The translations under genes and the position numbers were made by a program. The notes below the pieces were generated by a model. That model was given only the letters and a program-made list of their open reading frames with translations. It had not been told where the DNA came from and did no database searches. This document shows, piece by piece, positions 13,021 through 16,692 of a stretch of 16,692 nucleotides of DNA. Within the stretch, counting starts at the first letter, position 1, and every line of letters starts with the position of its first letter. The stretch is taken from assembly GCA_964016885.1 (NCBI GenBank), contig CAXHJY010001329.1, forward strand, positions 1-16,692. The letters are read 5' to 3'. Source of the DNA: Eledone cirrhosa. Its lineage: Eukaryota.

Positions 13021-13158
13021 TCGTTCTTTCAGTAAGTGAACTGCGGCCACACTGGAGCACCAGAATAATTTAGTTCATCATATAGACAGCAGTATTTCTT
13101 TTGATCACGTCTGATACTTATTCTATCGATCAGTTTTGTGGAAACTTTTAAGGGACAT

Positions 13159-13160
<2 letters not shown>

Positions 13161-13244
<84 letters not shown>
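13161..13244. repeat. (AC)20-(AT)15-(GT)7 self-complementary compound microsatellite
   Basis: Read directly from the sequence. Confidence 0.92.
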
Positions 13245-13403
13245 ATCTGCCAGTGTGGGCCAGCTGTCGTACATAAGTGATATTTGTAAAGCGGTGTGAA
13301 CACGTGTATGTTTGCATTCCACAGTTATCTGCCCCTTTCGTACCCCCTCTCTCCCCTATCCTACCCTTATACCAGCTGCTGCCTGCATCTAAATTTCTCT
13401 GCT

Positions 13404-13720
13404 TGTGTGTATGTATGTGTATGTGTGTATGTATGCATGTGTGAGTGTGTATGTATGCATGTGTGAGTGTGTATGTATGCATGTGTGAGTATGTATGTAT
13501 GCATGTGTGTGTGTGTGTGCATGTGTGTCTGTATGCATGTGTGTATGCATGTGTGTGTGTGAGTATATGTATGTATATATGTAAGTATGCATGTATATAT
13601 CTGTAAGTATGCATGTATATGTGTGTGTGTGTGCATGTATATGTGTGTGTGTGTGCATGTATATGTGTGTGTGTGTGTGCATGTATGCGTTATGTACGCA
13701 TTGTGTATGTGTGAATGTAT
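13404..13720. repeat. (TATG)/(TG)/(ATGC) low-complexity tract
   Basis: Recurring gtatgcatgtgtg motifs. Confidence 0.9.
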
Positions 13721-13735
13721 TATTTACTTTGCTCC

Positions 13736-13843
13736 CGCCGAGGTTGACTTTACCTTTCATCCTTACGGGGGTCGGGTCGATAAAATAAAGTACCAGTCAT
13801 GCATTGGGGTAATTGCTGGCCTTGTGCCTAAAGTAGACACAGC
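13736..13843 (+). mobile_element. 5'-truncated Nin-domain SINE with a perfect 15-bp TSD
   Basis: cgccgaggttgactttacctttcatcc..gggtcgataaaataaagtaccagt is the Nin-like core. TATTTACTTTGCTCC occurs at 13721-35 and 13844-58. Confidence 0.88.
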
Positions 13844-13857
13844 TATTTACTTTGCTC

Positions 13858-13962
13858 CAGGCATGTTGGTATATGACCTGTAGCCCCAATAATAACAGGT
13901 ATGGAGCTGAAGGTGTGTGATGGCCCGTAGATATCTTCCTTCCCTTCCATTTTTCTTACTAC
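13858..13962 (-). mobile_element. Fragment of a second, diverged RLE non-LTR retrotransposon
   Basis: VVRKMEGKEDIYGP-SHTFSSIPVIIGATGHIPTCL aligns by eye with IISKISEKGNIYAE(LMRNLQILH)PNYTFRFMTGIIGALGYVSNCL of ORF 15739-16029. Confidence 0.7.
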
Positions 13963-14179
13963 AGGGGCGGTGGAACGGGGTGGGGACGGGGCATAGTCTC
14001 CCCAATACTTATATGTTTCTCCCCGAACTACCAAAACACACATTTGTATATATATATACGCTACAATTTATGTACATGTTATGTTTATCGCATATCGAAG
14101 TTTTTGGGGGTTTTTTTTTTATCTTGGTTGATATTTGATAACGGCTAAACCAATCACTACAACTAAATTGACCAAATTT

Positions 14180-14243
14180 GCACACACACGCACACACACA
14201 CACACCCACACACACCCACACCCACACCCACACCCACACACAC
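14180..14243. repeat. (CA)n/(CACACC)n microsatellite
   Basis: Read directly from the sequence. Confidence 0.9.
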
Positions 14244-14282
14244 ACTATTCAGAAATACTTCCACCGCCCCTGATATATATTT

Positions 14283-14469
14283 GTTTCTACTGTTTGGCAC
14301 AAGGCCAGCAATTAAATCAGTGTATTACTGGTACTTTTTTTTTATCGACCCCTTGAGGATGAAAGGCAAAGTTAACCTCGGCGGGATTCGAACTCATACC
14401 ATAAAGGGCCGTAACTCTTTGCTGCAAAGCATGGCGTCCGACCTTCTATCGATACTGCCAATTCACCGC
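14283..14469 (-). mobile_element. Near full-length tRNA-derived Nin-domain SINE (octopus-type)
   Basis: On -: gcggtgaattggcagtatcg (A-box-like), GAGTTCGAATCCC B box (14383-95), ccgaggttaactttgcctttcatcc..ggggtcgataaaa..gtaccagt core, and aattgctggccttgtgcc..gtagaaac 3' end. The family name is from recall, not from a search. Confidence 0.85.
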
Positions 14470-14546
14470 ATATTGACATCAAGTTAGCAGCTGACCTCTA
14501 CAACGGAGCATGTTTTTAATGTGTGGTCCTGTTTTAATTTAATGGC

Positions 14547-14611
14547 GGTTTGGGTTAGCGTTTGGGTTTGGGTTTGGGTTAGAGTTTGGGTTAGAGTTTG
14601 GGTTTGGGTTT
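14547..14611 (+). repeat. Telomere-like hexamer repeat (GGGTTT/GGGTTA variants), G-quadruplex-capable
   Basis: Seven GGG tracts on a 6-nt period. Confidence 0.8.
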
Positions 14612-15228
14612 CAAGCAGTATTCCTTTCAGCCCGTCAATCTCAACATATTCTTCCCTATTTGATTTGTTTTTCGTCTTCTTTATTGCATTCAAGATCTAT
14701 CTAGCTACAACATCGTGCCTCGTGGGGCGGTAGTAAAGAGAAGACTTTCTTTCACAGTTGGCAACAACGTGCCGAATATCTTCGGCCTTTGATTTTCACA
14801 GCCTACAAGCTTACATTCGGCGGTTCATTCAAGCAGGACAAGAAAAAGTGAAGAACATAGTAAAACATTTATGAAAAATCGAGTGAAACTCAATATTTGC
14901 TGCTGGAATTTGAGAACCTTTCTGAACCAAAACTCATGAAACCGACCAGAAAGAAGTAGCGCACTGGTAACGAAAGAACTTTAAAAACAATTTTTTTTAA
15001 ATTATTATCAATTGATAACCTTCCTCTTTTGTGGCACTTGGGGGAGGGGGGGTTCTTGCTCCTGGGTTGTATGGAGGTAACTTTGTATCATTCAAGGTGG
15101 GATATTATGAATTTGTCGGAACTCCATGTTAGGCTTTTAGTAACGTTTATACTATTTATGGTCAGATTTCTGTCTTAAATACCCATGTACAACCTTTTCG
15201 GTGAATCGAGAATTGAATAGAGTCTTCT

Positions 15229-15288
15229 AATGTATGTATGTATGTATGTATGTATGTATGTATGTATGTATGTATGTATGTATGTATG
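15229..15288. repeat. (TATG)n microsatellite
   Basis: Read directly from the sequence. Confidence 0.95.
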
Positions 15289-15434
15289 TCTCTTTCTCTT
15301 AATTTCGAGTATATTTTTTTGACCGGCCACCTTCCTGGTGGCAAGGTTGTAAAAGAAAAGAAATTGTCATCCCTTGAATCGCAAGAATGTTTTGCAAATG
15401 TTGAAGGTGCCAGCTATCGCAGCCATTTGTAGAC

Positions 15435-15510
15435 TATGTATGTATGTATGTATGTATGTATGTATGTATGTATGTATGTATGTATGAATGTATGTATGTA
15501 TATATGTATG
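15435..15510. repeat. (TATG)n microsatellite abutting the 3' end of RLE copy C
   Basis: Read directly from the sequence. Confidence 0.95.
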
Positions 15511-16366
15511 TTCTTCTGGTTTTATAATTTCACAAAGTTTTACCAATAGAGAGAGAGTCGGTTTCTAACATAGACACAAGACTCTCTCATTGGAATTTAC
15601 ACAACATCAACTAGGTAGATATGTATGTATGCATGCATGTGTAAATATGGATGTTATTGTATGTGTGAATATGTATGTTTTGAGTTGTATGTGTGCATGT
15701 GTGTATGCTTTGTATCTGTACATGTGTATATGCAGTTATTAGATGCAAAATTTTTGGAATGTTTTACATATTTTTACTGTTCCATTAATGGATTGTACTT
15801 GTAATTTCCTAACTAGTTGTGTTCTTTCTGTTCCTGTGAAGCCTAGCTTCTCAAGATTTGTATTGAGGCAGTTACTAACATATCCCAGTGCCCCAATAAT
15901 CCCAGTCATAAATCTGAAGGTGTAATTGGGGTGGAGTATCTGCAAATTTCTCATCAGTTCTGCATAAATATTCCCCTTTTCACTAATCTTTGATATTATA
16001 CTGCCATCTGCTGGGCAGCTAATTTCCACTACTGCGCATGTTTTCTTCTCCGTCCCATATCATAATATCTGGTCTGTTATGCCTGCATTTTATTGGGGTT
16101 TTTACTGGAACATTCCACCAGTACTCTTTCATATTATGTACATGGATGTCTTCCACATTGCTGTAGCTTTTAATGTGTTTATTATCGGGGCTATCTTTTT
16201 TACGAACTACATTGTACAGTGTTTTGGCCACTACATCATGCCTCATAGGTAGATAGTACCGCGATGACATCTTTGGACAGCTGCTTATGACATGGGTGAT
16301 ATCCTCGATGTTAGTTCTGCAGAGTCTGCACTTGTTATCACATCTAGGTGTTTTGCCTGCATCCCT
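15511..16366 (-). mobile_element. RLE non-LTR retrotransposon (R4/Dong/Rex6-like), 5'-truncated copy C: CCHC knuckle, RLE domain and 3' UTR
   Basis: CRLCRTNIEDITHVISSC (C-x2-C-x8-H-x4-C) upstream in frame with ORF 16019-16270, then RHD, WWNVPV, HNRPDIMIWD, VEISCP, K..EK..IY and IIGALG. One frameshift near 16045. Ends AAAACCAGAAGAA then (CATA)n. Confidence 0.93.
15739..16366 (-). pseudogene. Frameshifted C-terminal ORF of the RLE retrotransposon (zinc knuckle plus PD-(D/E)xK-type endonuclease)
   Basis: ORFs 16019-16270 and 15739-16029 join by a 1-nt frameshift (GEE-K-TCAVVEISCP). The RT domain is absent. Confidence 0.88.
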
Positions 16367-16397
16367 ATGTATGCATGTATGTATGCATGCATGTATG

Positions 16398-16692
16398 TTC
16401 TTCTGATTTTATAATTTCACACAGTTTTACCAATAGAGAGAGAGAGTCGGTTTCTAACAGACACAAGACTCTCTCATTGGAATTTACACAACATCAACTA
16501 GGTAGATATGTATGTATGCATGCATGTGTAGATATGGATGTTATTGTATGTGGATGTGGATGTTTTGAGTTGTATGTGTGCATGTGTATATGCTTTGTAT
16601 CTGTACATGTGTATATGCAGTTATTAGATGCAAAACATATTTTTACTGTTCCATTAATGGATTGTACTTGTAATGTCCTAAGTAGTTATGTT
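16398..16692 (-). mobile_element. RLE retrotransposon copy D (3' UTR and ORF end; runs off the window)
   Basis: Near-identical to 15511-15820 with a short deletion before the stop codon. Separated from copy C by about 31 nt of TATG/CATG repeat. Confidence 0.92.

Noticed and set aside
14383-14469. tRNA gene
   Set aside because: A B box is present, but there is no cloverleaf and it continues directly into the SINE core.

Overview
Non-genic, AT-rich, repeat-saturated eukaryotic DNA. It is most likely animal, and probably octopus/cephalopod: this is an inference from the Nin-domain SINE, the TTAA-CCC...GGG-TTAA MITE and the extreme microsatellite load. No intact protein-coding gene is supported, and nearly all listed ORFs are translations of microsatellites. 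Recognisable content: very long (TA)/(TACA), (TCTG), (TG) and (TATG) tracts; five fragments of restriction-like-endonuclease (RLE) non-LTR retrotransposons, four of which end at (CATA)n; an RTE-type LINE 3' end; three tRNA-derived SINE copies; and a piggyBac-type MITE. The main result is a cluster of type I hammerhead ribozyme (HHR) motifs from at least three unrelated sequence families between 5.4 and 10.4 kb, each in an element bounded by (TA)n. These include a tandem-plus-inverted array with four HHRs spaced 512 and 570 nt apart (retrozyme/Penelope pLTR-like, predicted to release a unit-length RNA) and a near-perfect 309-bp palindrome with a canonical minimal HHR on each arm. Folds were read by eye and catalytic activity is untested.
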